Below are positions 21,831 through 36,712 of a stretch of DNA of 64,000 nt, one piece after another (the first letter of the stretch is position 1; each line of letters begins with the position of its first letter). Both the position numbers and the translations under genes were made by a program. The notes under the pieces were generated by a model. It worked only from the letters and a program-made list of their open reading frames with translations. It ran no database searches and was not told where the DNA came from. The stretch is from Malacoraja senta (Eukaryota): contig JAXLNO010000096.1 in NCBI GenBank assembly GCA_038087875.1, positions 62,001-126,000 of the forward strand, written 5' to 3'.

Positions 21831-24800
21831 GGTGGACAAAGTACTGGTTTGATTTGACAGCAACAATTCTTGGCAATATCCTCAGAAATCTCGTCTTCAC
21901 ACTTTCAAAGGGTCTCCAAACACTGGAGACAGATTGGATCATTTCTTTGGGGAATTTTACACATCCTTACTCCAATCCACAGCAGACTTATTTTTCCAAG
22001 TCACTGGGTTCACAGTAAGAATGCCCCCTCGGGTCCCTTCAACCCAATATTCTACATTATCCCTGCATCTGTTCCAGCTCCTTGGTCCACATTGTGCTTC
22101 AATCATTAACAATTATCACTGATCAACGTTTTATTTCAGAGAGACAAAGTGCTTGAGTAACTCAGCGGGTCAGGCAACATCGCTGGATGAAAAGGTTGTG
22201 ATATTTTGGGTAAGAACCCTTTTGTTACATCCCAAAGTCTCTTGTTTCTCCAGAGATGCTGCCTGGCCCACTGAGTTACTCCAGCAAAATAAATTCCTCC
22301 TCATCTCCTTCCTAAAGGAATGTCCTTTAATTCTGAGGCTGTGCCCTCTGGTCCTAGACTCTCCCACTAGTGGAAACATCTTTTTAGTTTAGATATACAG
22401 CACGGAAACAGGCCCTTCAGCCCACAGAATCTGTACCGACCAGTGATCACCTGTACACTCGTACTATCCCACTTACTAGGGACAGTTTTACAATTACCGA
22501 AGTACCAAAGGCAATTAACCTACAAACCCGCACGTCTTTCGCGTGTGGGATGAAACCGGGCACCCGGAGAAAACCCACTCAGGTCATGGGGAGAACGTGC
22601 AAACTCTGTACAGACAGCACCCGTAGTCAGGATGGAACCTGGGTCTCTGGCACTGTGAGGCAGCAACTCTACCGCTGCACCACCATGCCAACCCATTTTT
22701 TGTTATTTTTCTATCCATGATTCCATTTTTTATTCCACACCAGTTCGCTGGTTCACAGATTGTTCACATTGAGAATGTCAACCTGAGGGGCAACCTTTCC
22801 ACACAGAGGGTGGTGGGTGTGTAGAATGAGCGGCCGGAGGAGGTGGTTGAGGCTGAGACCCTCACATTTGGTTAGATGTGGAAAGTAGACAAAAGGGGGT
22901 CAGATGTAGTGAGAAGAGGATTGAAATGTAAAGCTGGAGGGGTATAGGTGGAAGGGGAAAGTATGGGACTTGGGGATGGGAGAAGAGTGTACAAAGGAAG
23001 GGAAAGGAGCAGAGTGACTGGGGTGGTGGGAGAAGAGTGCACACCAGGGTGGGTGTTTCCCTTTCTCAGTACCACTATCTCCCATCTGCCGAGTCACATT
23101 TCTTTCATCCCTCTTCCCCTCTCCTGGACCATTACACCCACACACCTCCCTCTGGCTTACATGTCATTCCTCTACTTATCCAACGCACCGTCATCTCTAG
23201 TCTTTGTCATTTACTCCACCCATCTACCACTCACCCCCTCACCTGTATCTGCCATCACTTGCCAGGCTTTGCCCGCCCCACCTTACTTTTCCAGCTTTCT
23301 TCCCCACTCCACTCTGATGGTTCCTGAGCCAACACATCTGTCCACTTCCTCCAGATGCTGCTCGTCCCATCGAATTCATTCAGCACTGCTTTCATTGCTA
23401 AAGATCCAGCATCCTGAATTATATTAAACTTGAAAAAAAAATAGGAACACCCATGGTTAAACTTTCAAAGACTCATCCTCACTGAAACCAAAAGAGCGGT
23501 TGAAATATGGGCCTTACCCTCACACCATTTCCATGAAGATCAAATCCAGATAGACTGGATAAGGTTACAGGAGTGTGCAGCAGTTCAATATTTCAGAAGA
23601 AACCTGACCACAATAGAACAGACACCACTTTAACTAACAAATCAGTATTTCAAATTAAAGAAGACTTGCGTATCAAGAGAACAATGGGGAAGTTTACTAC
23701 AGTAGGGTGAACGGAAGGGACAGGGTTAGCAAATGTAATGAGACTGAAGAGCCATGGCTATGAACCCAAGGAATATCTAGATGAGAAACAGTGCTGGAGA
23801 TACTGAGTGGGTCAGACGGAGTGATGTTCTAACTAGAGCCTTTCAGCGAACTACATCCAGATCAAGGCAGCATGACCAAGGTGAATGGACAGATGGAGAG
23901 AAGAGCGCAGGGCAAGAGTCGCATCAAGTGCGGTTCGGTAGAGAATCTGCCTTTACCGGACCAGAGACCACGGTTAGATCCTGATCTCTGGGGTTGTCTG
24001 TACCGAGTTTGCATTTTCTCCCTGGGACAACATAGGTTTTCTCCAGGTGCTCTGATTTCCTTCCACATACATGCAAGTTGTGGGTTAATTGGCTTCTGTA
24101 CATTGTCCCTAGTGTATAGGTTAGGGGGCGATTGTTGGTTGGCGTGGACTTGGTGGGCCGAAGGGCCCATTTCTACTCTGCATCTCCAAACTAAACACAC
24201 TACTGGATGGGATGGATTAGTCGATTATAATTGCTTTAAAACAAAGGCATTGAATATTAAACTGGAGGATTACTTTAACCAGGGACTGTTCTTAGTGTCT
24301 AAACAGTGCTGGAGGTACTCAGTGGGGCTGGCACCATCTGGTTGATCACAAAGTGGATGGACAGACACGTTGGTTTAGGAACCTTCTTCAGACTGATGGA
24401 GTTGGGCAGAGAAAGTGGGGAGAGAGAGATGGGAGCAGGACAAAGCCTGGCGAGTGATAGGTGGATACAGGTGAGGGGGTGGTTGGCAGATGGATGGAGT
24501 AAGTGACAAAGGCTGGAGGTGAAAAGGAGACAAAGGTTGTCAGATAAGGAGATGACAGCATTGAAATGTAAAGCTGGAGAGATGTATATGGGTGCAAGAG
24601 GAAGGAGGAAAATATAAGGCTCAGGGATGAGAGATGAGCGTACAGAGGGGAGGAACAGTGACTGAGGTGTTGGGGAAGTGTGTACACCAAGGGTGGGGGT
24701 GCAGGGTAAGTTTCCATCAGTATGCTCATCTCCCTCTCAATCCCACATTTCCCTTTTACCCCCCCTTCACCCCCCACTCTCTGTCACATTATAATTAATG

Positions 24801-27800
24801 TTTAATGTTTTATGTGTCACAGAAACATAGAAACATAGACAATAGGTGCAGGAGTAGGCCATTCGGCCTTCGAGCCTGCACCGCCATTCGATATGATCAT
24901 GGCTGATCATCCAATTCAGTATCCCGTACATGACTTCTCTCCATACCCCCTGATACCTTTAGCCACAAGGGCCACATCTAACTCCCTCTTAAATATAGCC
25001 AATGAACTGGCCTCAAATACCATCTGTGGCAGAGAATTCCACAGATTCACCACTCTCTGTGTGAAAAATGTTTTTCTCATCTAAAGGATTTCTCCTCTAT
25101 CCTTAAGCTGTGACCCCTTGTGCTGGACTTCCCCAACATCGGGAACAATCTTCCTGCACCTAGCCTGTCCAACCCCTTAAGAAGTTTGTCATTGTTAATT
25201 GCCACTATGTCACGTTGTCACTTGCGAGCGGAGCACCAAGGCAAATTCCTTGTATGTGAACGTATTTGGCCAATAAACTCATTCATTCATTGCACCCATA
25301 TACCTCCCTCAAGCTTTACATCTCACACCTCCTCTCCTTCTGACACATTCTCACCTTCATCTCCAACCTTTGTCACTTACTCCACAATCACCCCCTCACC
25401 TTACCCACCCATCACTCGCTAAGCTTCGCCTCACCCCATCTCACTTTCCCAGCTTCCCCCCCACTCCAGTCTGAAGGATTCCAACCAGATACATCTATCC
25501 ATTTGCTCCACAGATGCTGACCGACCCACCTAGTTCCCCCTGCTCTGTTGTTTATGTTCAAGATTCCAGCACCCTGAATTACAAGAACCTTAAATTAATA
25601 ATGTATTTACTTTAGAGATAGTGTGGAATCTGGCCCACCGAGTCTGCACAATCCAGCAATCACCCCGTACACTAGCACCATCCTACACACTACGGACAGT
25701 TTACTAAAAACAATTAACCTACAAATCTGAATGTCTTTGGTGTTGGAAGAAGCCAGAACACCTGGAGAAAACCCACGTGGTCATAGGGAGAACATACAAA
25801 CTCTACAGACAACACATGTTGTCAGGATTTAACCCAGGTCTCTGGCGCTGTGAGGCAGCAACTCTACCACTCTTTCCCCCAACACTGAAACCCAAGAGTA
25901 GTTTTGAAACAGGGGCCTTACATTAATGCTTTCTCCATAAAGACCAGATCCTGATAGAGCTGACAAAGATGTACAAAACAGTCAAATTAATATACCACAT
26001 ATATTAAACTCCACGTTCCCTGTAACAGGAGTCAACTGCAAGTACTTTAACCGGGGAACATGCCTCTGTCCAAAGACAAAGTGCTGGAGGCATTCAGCAG
26101 TTCAGGCACCAACTACCGGACTGCAAGGTGAATGGACCGATGACATTGAGATGGGACCCTTCAGACAGATGGAGTTGGATGAAGTAGAAGTGGTGGAGAG
26201 AGTCAAAGTCTTGTAATTGAGAGGTGGATACAGTGGATGGAGGTTATTGGGAGAGGGGTGCAGTGGGTGACGAAGGCTAGATGTGAAAAGTGGACAAAAG
26301 GGGGTCAGATAAGGGGAGAAGAGGGTTAGATACATAGATACATAGAAAATAGGTGCAGGAGTAGGCCATTCGGCCCTTCGAGCCTGCACCACCATTCAAT
26401 ATGATTATGGCTGATCATCCAACTCAGTATCCCGTACCTGCCTTCTCTCCATACCCCCTGATCCCTTTAGCCACAAGGGCCACATCTAACTCCCTCTTAA
26501 ATATAGTCAATGAACTGGCCTCAACTACCCTCTGTGGCAGAGAGGGCCAGAGATTCAACACTCTCTGTGTGAAAAAGTTTTTCCTCATCTCGGTCTTAAA
26601 GGATTTCCCCCTTATCCTTAAGCTGTGACCCCTTGTCCTGGACTTCCCCAACATCGGGAACAATCTTCCTGCAACTAGCCTGTCCAACCCCATAAGAATT
26701 TTGTACGTTTCTATAAGATCCCCTCTCAAGCTCCTCAAATCTAGCGAGTATAAGCCAAGTCTATCCAGTCTTTCTTCATATATAAGTCCGGACATCCCCG
26801 GAATCAGTCTGGTGAACCTTCTCTGCACTCCCTCTATGGCTATAATGTCCTTCCTCAGATTTGGAGACCAAAACTGAACGCAATACTCCAGGTGTGGTCT
26901 CACCAAGACCCTGTACAACTGCAGTAGAACCTCCCTGCTCCTATACTCAAATCATTTTGCTATGAAAGCTAACATACCATTCGCTTTCTTCACAGCCTGC
27001 TGCACCTGCATGCCTACTTTCAATGACTGGTGTACCATGACACCCAGGTCTAACTGCATCTCCCCTTTTCCTAATCGGCCACCATTTAGATAATAGTCTG
27101 CTTTCCTGTTTTTGCCACCAAAGTGGATAACCTCATATTTATCCACATTATACTGCATCTGCCAAATATTTGCCCACTCACCCAGCCCATCCAAGTCACC
27201 TTGCAGTCTCCTAGCATCCTCCTCACAGCTAACACTGCCCCCCAGCTTAGTGTCATCATCGAACTTGGAGATGTTGCCTTCAATTCCCTCATCCAGTTCA
27301 TTAATATAAATTGTAAATAGCTGGGATCCCAGCACTGAGCCTTGCGGTACCCCACTAGTCACTGCCTGCCATTGTGAAAAGGACCCGTTTACTCCTACTC
27401 TTTGCTTCCTGTTTGCCAGCCAGTTCTCTATCCACATCAATACTGCACCCCCAATACCGTGTGCTTTAAGTTTGTATATTAATCTCTTATGTGGGACCTT
27501 GTCGAAAGCCTTCTGAAAGTCCAGATACAACACATCCACTTGTTCTCCGCTATCCACTCCACTAGTTACATCCTCGAAAAATTCTATAAGATTTGTCAGA
27601 CATGATTTACCTTTCGTAAATCCATGCTGACTTTGTCCAATGATTTCACCACTTTCCAAATGTGCTGCTATCCCATCTTTAATAACTGACTCCAGCAGTT
27701 TCCCCACTACCGATGTTAGACTAACTGGTCTGTAATTCCCCGTTTTCTCTCTCCCTCCCTTCTTAAAAAGTGGGGTTACGTTTGCTACCCTCCAATCCCC

Positions 27801-30760
27801 AGGAACTACTCCAGAATCTAAAGAGTTTTGAAAAATTATCACTAATGCATCCACTATTTCTGGAGCTACTTCCTTAAGTACTCTGGGATGCAGCCTATCT
27901 GGCCCTGGTGATTTATCGGCCTTTAATCTATTCAATTTACCCAACACCACTTCCCGACTAACCTGGATTTCACTCAGTTCCTCCATCTCCTTTAACCCGC
28001 GGTCCCCTGCTATTTCCGGCAGATTATTTATGTTTTCCTCAGTGAAGACGGAACCAAAGTAGTTATTCAATTGGTCCGCCATATCCTTGTTCCCCATGCT
28101 CAATTCACCTGTTTCTGACTGCAAGGGACCTACATTTGTTTTAACTAATCTCTTTCTCTTCACATATCTATAAAAACGTTTGCAGTCAGTTTTTATGTTG
28201 AAATGTGAAGCTGGAGGGGTATGGGTGGAAGGGGAAGAGGGAAGTATGGGACTTGGGGATGGGAGATGAATGTACAGAGGAAGGGAAGGGGCAAAGTGAT
28301 GGGGTGGTTGAGGAAGAACGCACACCAGGGTGGGGGTTCAGGGAAAGAGGGGGTTCCCACCACCAGGGTGGGGGTGCAGGGAAAGAGGGGGTTCCCATCA
28401 CCAAGGTGGGGGAGGGTGGGCGGGGAAAGAGGGGGTTCCCATCACCAGGTTGGGGGTTCAGGGAAAGAGGGGGTTCCATCACCAGGGTGGGGTTCAGGGA
28501 AAGAGGGAGCTGTTAGCCGAGGAAAGGTGAAGAAAAATGTCAACGTTTCCTGAAGAATGGAACATCAACCAAGAATGTTTTCATTAAACGCCTGCTTGGA
28601 TTGTCGATGACTTCCGAGGTAAATTCTCAGGTTTTCATCGTTAAAGTGTGACCACTCAATGTCTCTGTAATAAAATTGCATCTCCCCCCCCCCATCAACA
28701 ACAAAGAGACATTCAGACGCAATGAGAACCAGAATGCAACAAGAGACACAACAAGAAAGAATTGAACTGAATAAATCTCATCTTTAACGTTCAAATTGTT
28801 GCTGCATTTTAAGAGTTATTCACATTTTAGGCATTAATATCCCTTTTCCACTTGCCATGCCCGTCAGCTGTGCCTGCGCAGTAATGCCTGCATATTCTAC
28901 ATCACAATGGGAGCCCAATGGGCGGGAATGGATGCGCTGTCGGAGAGCGGCTAAGAACGGATGCGGGGAGGGGGATGGAGTGAGTGCGTGGGGGGGTGGA
29001 AGGGCAAGGAGCGGAGTGAGGGGGTGAGTTCAGGAGCATCACAACCGGAATACGTCAGCCACGCCTGCGTAGTTGGGGCTATGGGTGAGTGGTGGAATAT
29101 TGCGTTGGGGGACCAGGCCTCCTGTGTCAGAATGAACTTAGTCGAGTGAACATTAAATTACTTTCCCTGCAACAGCAGCCAACTAGGATTACTTTAACCA
29201 GGGGATGTAACCTGGTCCAAAACAAAGTGCTGGAGGTACTTGGCAGATCAGGCACCATCTACCTGACCACAAAGGGAATGGACAGATGCTGTCATTTCCT
29301 GTTGGGACCCTTTCAGACTGATGGAGTCGGACAGAGAAAGTGGGAAAGAGGTGGGAGCAGGACAAAGCCTGTGATGTGATTAGTGGATACAGGGGAGAGG
29401 GCGATGGGTTGTGACATTGGCTAGGGGTGACAAGGAGACAAAAGGTGCTACAGATGAGAAGAGTGAAACGTAAAGCTGGAGGGAGGGATACGGGTGGAAG
29501 GGGATAGAGTGAAATATGAGGCTGGTTTGGGAGGTGAGCATACACAGGGAAGGAGCAGAGTGACCAAGGTGTTGAGGGAAGTGTTCACACCAGGGGGGGG
29601 TGCAGGGAAAGAGGGGGGTCCCATTACCAGGGTGGGGGTGCAGGGAAAGAGGGGGTTCTCATCACCAGGGTGGGGATTCAGGGAAAGAGGGAGCTCTTAG
29701 CCAAGGAAAGGGGAAGGAAAATGTCAATGTGTGGGAGTTGGCAGCCCTGCATTCAGGACCTGATGCAAAATTCAGAGCAATGGTCAAGGCTGCATGAAGA
29801 GCTGCCTTGCAATTTAACCACAATGATTCGTGTATTCTGAGCTCTGGGCTGTTTCACTTCCTGTTTTTTATCTCAACTAAATTTCACAATGTGTAAATAA
29901 ACATCAGAAGTGTGAAGGACAAAGAAAACACCCCAAAACCTATTGAAACATGCAAAAGAGAATCAGGGGTGGATTATTTTTCACTTTGAGCCTGTTCAAT
30001 CATTCCAAACAATCTCATATTCCAATTCTCTCCCGATAAATATTGATGCATTTTATGTCAAATAAATCTATCCGCTGCTTAACAGGATTCAGTGACCTGC
30101 CATCTACCATTTTCTGTGGGGTGGATTTCAATGGCTCACCATATTCACAATGAAGAAATGTCTCAGCCCTAAATGTTTCACCCCTGATCTTGAGTCCAAA
30201 ACCCCTTGTTCCAGATCCTACAGTCACTGGAAATATCTTCATGTATCGAGTCTGTCTAGCTCTGCTTTGAATTTTGTTTAATTTAGAGAGGTCATGTTTA
30301 AGTCTTCCAAACTCCAGTGACTGCTGGCTCCTCCTCTCCTTACACATTAGTCCTGCCATTCCAGCAATCAGTCTGGTCAGCCTTGGCTGCATTACATCTG
30401 TGGCTGAAAAACCCTTTCTCCGGTAAGGAGAGCACAAAGGCATGTTTGGAGAGACATGGGCCAGGCACAGCCAATTGTGATGGGGTCAGTTGGACATCTT
30501 GGTCAGCATGTGTGCGTTGGGTCGATGTGTCTATTTCCATGCCCTACAGCTCTATGACTCTCTGCTGCATCTGTGTATATTTGGCAAGTCACTCAACTGA
30601 CTGACATCACCTGGAAACCTCTTTGCATCCTCTTTGCTTCTCCTACTTACTCTCAGTTTCATGTCATCAAACTTAGAAACATTAAATTTGTTTCCTTGTC
30701 AATACCATTGATGAACATTGAAAATAATGGACACAAGAACTGGATTGATTCTGGATCATT
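21269..30760. repeat. Right arm of the inverted duplication (may extend past 30760)
   Basis: Colinear reverse complement of 1-10177, with scattered substitutions and arm-specific indels (extra 21830-22196 here; the 5296-6126 insertion is absent). Confidence 0.97.
26327..28200 (-). mobile_element. Mirror copy of the CR1 at 2788-4659
   Basis: Same 5' truncation junction. ORFs 26952..28325- and 26424..26918- are separated by a premature stop near 26952. Confidence 0.95.
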
Positions 30761-33164
30761 CATCACCAACTGCCACACTAACGAAGTCTTCTCTCTGTTT
30801 CCTGTCTGCCAAATTATTTTTAATTCATGCCTGTTTAATATTGCCTAATCCACATATTAAAAAATTCAAAGACCTTCTGAAAATTGGACACATCCTCTTG
30901 TTCTCCCTGAAACAAACAAAAACAATCTGCTGGAGGGACTCAGTGGTTCAGGCAGCATCTGTCGAGGAAAATGTGCAGATGACCCTGTATCGTGACCCTT
31001 CTTCAGTTGCCAATGGTCATCTGTCCATTTACTTCCGCAGATGATTCCTGATCCACAAATTCCCTCCAGCAGTTTGCCCTTTGCTCGTGTTTCCAGAATC
31101 TGCAAACTCTTCGGTCTCCACATCTTCTCCCTTATCTATTCTACATGGTGCATCACCATCATCTCCAATAGATTTGTTAGCCATGATTTCACTTACATAA
31201 ATTCAAAAATACATTGTCTTATCGCATAAATTATTTTAAAATATCCAAACACTGTTTTGGAACCTGGAAACACCAAACCAGATTGGAGATTGAAATATTT
31301 CCATCCAACAAGTAGCAAACAGGAAATGTAATATGTAGAAAACAATAAAGAGCAGTAATTTAGTAGAGAGAAACACCACAATAGACAATAGACAATAGGA
31401 ACAATAGAAACACCACTATTTTATTTTTTAATCAGTGGGAAGTAGCAACAATAATTTTAAAAATTACCCTTTTTGGTCAAGATACCAACAATGCAATAGT
31501 TAGTTATTATCCTTATGATAAACGCATCCTCAGCACACATGCCCCATGTTCTGTTCTCATAGTAATAAAAAAATTACATAAATAGAATTTCCACAGAATT
31601 ACTTTAAAATGTAAAGGGTAAATAGAGAAGTTGTTTCTGAAGATAACATCAGCGTAAAAGATGAAGGATCTGTGTTAGGTCCTGTTTACACTTCTGCTGT
31701 GAAACTCAGCAAGTGCCTCAACGGAGACATTTGCACCAGTTAAGGCAGTGGGTGATGTTTAGAATGTGAGAGTGACGGACAGTGTGGGTTGGAGGGGCAA
31801 TGTGATGAATTACGAAGAGACAGATTCAGGAGCTGGGGGGAAATATCAAAACAGAGGGTGAGCAGCAATAAAAATGAATTGTATTTCTCTGCAGAATTCA
31901 CACAATATGGGGGAAATGAGTTTTAACCCGGATTAAGGAAGGAGCCTGAATAGATTTCTTGTCACAATGAGGACGACACTAACTCCTGAGCTGATGATGA
32001 GCTGCACTTTGTGATTCCCTCCAGAATTGTTGCTTATAAATCTATGTTTTTGGATGTGGGCCTCAGTGCTTAGGCTTCCATTTTTAACCCATGAGGATGT
32101 GACCATCCTTATTTCACCACTGAGCTGTTTAGTAAATGATAGGAGTAGGCCCCACAAATAACGAAGGATCAGCAATGCATTTCCAAGTTATGATGGTGAC
32201 TAACTGGGTCAATTTGTGCCAATCCACTAACGTGACCAAGCAATTCTGGGTATGGATTGTGCTTGCATATTGTGGAAATATTTTCTAGCACCGATGCAGT
32301 CATCAATGTAATGGGGATAGAGTTCGGGGATAGGGCCAGTGTACACCTGGAACACAATGTATCTCTCGTGTCTATATCTCTAGGCTGTGAAGATCTTGGC
32401 ACAACTCTGTGAGGTTGGGCTTGGAGAACACCAAATGACATGGAGAAAAACTTGTGATTGTGAAAATGTTTGCTGGAGGTTCTACCTTGAGTGAAATTCA
32501 GAACTGAGGAGAAAATTGCTCTCAATATTGGACTTACTTTGATAAATTGTAGTAGTTTGATTATCATATGCAGCTCATTGGTGACCTCCTAAGTCCAACC
32601 TCCACCATGATCTGATGCAATTGATTATTGGTTTGAACTATCGAACCAACTACAGCATGAACAGGCAAGAATATTGACCATTCCATTTATGACAAAACAA
32701 CAGATTCTGTCATTGGCCATTATCATAGACATTTCAAACATCACACAGTCATCTGCTTGAATATGTGTTACTGGAAACTATTCTAACTTCAGTTGTGAAT
32801 AGCATTCATTATGCTTGTCTTTCTCCAGGCTGGTTAGCACTCTGCAAAAGCTTTTCTCTTTACCTCAGAAACGTGACACTGAACTAAACTGAATTGAACT
32901 GGAAGGGACGTGATTTATTCCCAGAGGTTATGAAGGTCTTGCTGCAAACTGTGCGGTTTGATTTGGAGAAAACTGAAAGTTGCAGAAGAAAGTGGATGAT
33001 CATGAGGATGGTAACTGGTGGGTTTACCTTGTGTGAAACTCAGGAGATTATTACACTCAATATTGGAATAACTGAGTAAATACAGCAATTTTATTATGAC
33101 ATCTGCTCGTTTGTGTTCTCCTCAACCTAAAACTCACATAGTTTTAAACTGCCAAACCACCCAA

Positions 33165-33437
33165 ATCACAGTGGCACAGATGTTAGAGCTGCTGCCTCAC
33201 AGTGCCGGAGACCAGGGTTCAAATCTGACATCGGGTGGTCTCTGGGTGGAGATACCACGCTCCCTGTGGCCACGAATGAGTGGGGTTGTAGGTTACTTGA
33301 CCTCCATAAATTGCCTGTAGTGTGTAGGGAGCGGACGGGAAAGTGAGATAACAGAACGAGTGTGAACGGGTGATCAGTGGTCGGCGTGGACAGAGGGCTG
33401 AAGGGCATGTTTCCAAGCTGTGTCTCAAAACTAAACT
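33165..33437 (+). mobile_element. V-SINE (HE1-like), diverged
   Basis: GCTGCTGCCTCACAG head and CTAAACT tail. Confidence 0.7.
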
Positions 33438-33739
33438 CAATCAGAACATCACTACAGATGCAGGAAGATTGACACCTACTCATCATTACAAAACAATAGA
33501 TACTCTCATTCCCCAATGCCCTTGACATTTGTTATCCTCCAATAACCTTTAGAAAGATGAGGTTCCATGTCTCAACGCATCCAATGCATGTTTGAGCTCA
33601 GTAAATTCCCATTTGCCTTTGCCGAAATAAGGTTTTACAAGATACATTTTACGCTGACACAAACGCTTTCAACAGAAGTGATGTCTGAACCATGAGCAGG
33701 AGAGGAAGAGGGAGGTCCTGTAGTTTCATAAGACACAGA

Positions 33740-33826
33740 GTGAGACTGGGGAACTCAGTGTGTCGCCGTGCTTGGAACTTTGCTGCCCACGTCTCTGGAC
33801 TCGTTCACCAGTCCCTTCCCACAAGG
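33740..33826 (+). other. Candidate non-coding first exon (paralogous candidate at about 35620-35708)
   Basis: Ends in CACAAG|GTAGGT (copy: CACAAT|GTAGGT) downstream of purine-rich GAGGAA sites. The leader exon has its own splice acceptor, so an upstream exon is needed. Confidence 0.4.
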
Positions 33827-36615
33827 TAGGTGACCTTACTACAGGTTCACTTCAGGTAAAGGAGTGGTTTAAATGGGATCTAGAAACGGAACTCCGTGTT
33901 CAATAATTTCTAACGTGTGATATTCCACTCCTACAACCATTTATTAGACTGTTCCAGCCTGTTCTGCTTTAGATTTTACAAGGACATAGAAACGTAATGA
34001 ATAATGAAGAGAAACACAAAATGCTGGAGTAACTCAATGGGACAGGCAGCATCTCTGGAGAGAAAGAATGGGTGACGTTTCAGGTCGAGACCTTTCTTCA
34101 GACCCAGACTTCTTCGACCCGAAACGTCACCCATTCCTTCTTTCCAGAGATGCTGCCTGTCCCGCCCAGTTACTCCCGCCCAGTTACTTTAGTGTCTATA
34201 TTCGGTATCAAGCAGCATCTGTAGTTCCTTCCAACACGAAACGTTATCAATGTATTTTTGTCTCCATTGTTTCCACTGGAAACTTAATGAAGCTTAATTA
34301 CCAGCATCTGCCATTTTACCCATTTGGGCTTTCTTCTTTGTTGCCTGGTCAATCTAATGTATCCATGCTAATGTGGATTTTATTTTTCCAATTTCTCCGG
34401 CAATCCTCTGCGACTGATTGAGGATGTTCAACGTCCTCGCCGTTCTGTTGCCCGCTGAATTAATTGACTGCCTAGTGAGGTACAAATGAGTTAAAACCAT
34501 TCTACCGAGAAGCAGGAGGTAAGTGGGTCAAGAATGAAAATGTCGGCGTACAGATGAGTCGTTTCAGTCAAGGCAAACCGACTGAATGTGGTTGTGAAAT
34601 CCCAAATTACAGCAGTGACAATATTCCAGTGGCAGATTCCACAGAGGAATGGTCCTTCCCCGTGTAATTGTGTGCGGTTAATTCTCCAATGGTCCGGGCC
34701 CAGGGTTTTCAAAGTGGCTGTGTTCAATACAACACTTGCCAACTAGCAATTTACTGCAGCATTTCCTTTGCAAATTATTTAGTGTCCCTGTTCCGTTCAA
34801 TATCACACGACGATCAAACATTCTTAAGTATAATTTTACCGATCATCACCACTTCAAATGGTGACATTTGTTTTAGAGAAATGCAAGGTGGTTATGCGGG
34901 TTATTCTCAGAGGCTGTGAAGGTCTTGGTGCACTCTGTGAGGTTGAACTTGGAGAACACTGCAAGGTGCAGGAACAATTTGGATGCGAATGAAAATATTG
35001 GCTGGAGGTTCCTCCTTGAGTGAAATTAAAAGCTCGGGAGAAAATTTGCATTCAATATTGTACTAAGTTTGAAAATAATGTATGATCCTGATTATCAAAT
35101 GCACCTCATTTGTAACCCCCTAAACCCACCGTGATCTGATACATTTGGATATAGATTTAAACTGCAGGACCAGCTATAATGGTATATGGACATATAATGG
35201 TATATGGACACACTGATCTGTTTTGTAGTCAATGCCTACTATGTTCTGTTGTGCTGAAGCAAGAATTTCATTGTCCTATCAGGGACACATGACAATAAAC
35301 TCACTTGAACTTGTGCTAAAGCTTTAACATCGCTGCGAGGCGTGAATATTGACCATGTTCCCTTCGTTACAAAACAGCAGATCCCTCGTTTGCCATTATC
35401 TTAGACATTTGCCACCCACTAATATCATTTAATATAAGGAGGTTCCAAGTCTAAACTTATCCAATATATTTGTGATCTCAGGATATTCCCGATTTGGTTT
35501 GTCCAAATTAGCTTTTACAAGATGATTTTTAATCTGAGGCAAACATTATGAACACAAATGGTGTCTGAATCCTGAGCTGGAAAGAAAGAGGAAGGGTGTT
35601 TGCCCTTCCAAAGAAACTGTGTGAGACTGTGAATCTCAGTGTGTCGCCGTGCTTGGAGCTTTGTTGCTCAGTCTCTGTACTCATTCACCATCAGTCTCTT
35701 CTCACAATGTAGGTGACCTCACTGCAGTCTCACTTCATGTCAAAGAGTGGTTTAAAAGGTATCCACAAACTGAACAATGTTGGATGTCCTGTAAACTGTG
35801 ATATATCACTCATTCAATCAATTTGTTCCACTTTAGATTTGACAAGGGCATACAAACTTTATTAATTTCATTTTGTCTCCTTTGTTTCTCACAGCTAAAT
35901 GACCAGCATATGCCATTTTCCCACTGGTTTGAATAGACAATAGAGAATAGGTGCAGGAGTAGGCCATTCAATTTGATCATGGCTGATCTTCCCCAATCAG
36001 TACCCCGTTCCTGCCTTCTCCCCATATCCCCTGACTCCGCTAACTTTAAGAGCCCTATCTAGCTCTCTCTTGAAAGCATCCAGAGAACCGGCCTCCACCG
36101 CCCTCTGAGGCAGAGAATCCCACAGACTCACAACTCTCAGTGAGAAAAAGTGTTTCCTCGTCTCCGTTTCCTAGTCAATCTAAATTGAATACTTTTTTCC
36201 CGTTTCGCCGACAACGTCCTGGGACCGTTTGAGAATATTGAATGTCCCTTGCCATTCTGTTGCCTTCTCTGTTCATTGACTCACTAGCGAGGTCTGATTT
36301 AGTTGAGAATATTTTACCGAGTGGTAGGGGGTAATTGAGTCAAACATTAAAAAAGACGGAGTTCAGATGAGTGATTTGGGACAAGGCAAACCGATAGCGG
36401 TTGAATATGGTGGTGAAATCCCAGATTACTGAAGTGACAATATTCTAGCGGCAGAGTCCACCAAGCGAATGTATTTTCCCCGTGTAATTGTGTGCGGCCA
36501 ATTCTAAAGCGCCCCAGGGTCAGGAGTTTCAAACTGGCTGTACTCAATACAACATTTGCCAACTACCAATTTACTGATCCTTAGTCTGAAGCTGCACCTT
36601 ATTTCCAAACAGAGA

Positions 36616-36712
36616 ATGCACAAAATGAGGCCGAGGTTTCTTTGCAGCAGTTTGCCACTTGGTTTGATGTTCGGTTTCTTTGTTTTCCTGCTTCGACCAG
36701 TTTCCACACAGA
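36616..36712 (+). CDS. Signal-peptide exon MHKMRPRFLCSSLPLGLMFGFFVFLLRPVSTQ
   Basis: Acceptor TTCCAAACAG ending 36612; basic N-terminus and hydrophobic core; phase-1 donor A|GTAAGT. Confidence 0.85.

Larger units (their letters stand above)
32380..36580 (+). repeat. Diverged direct tandem duplication of the upstream region of the Ig gene (about 32380-34760 and about 34910-36580)
   Basis: 32381-32735 resembles 34911-35410; 33620-33890 resembles 35510-35770; 34380-34755 resembles 36190-36578. Confidence 0.85.
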
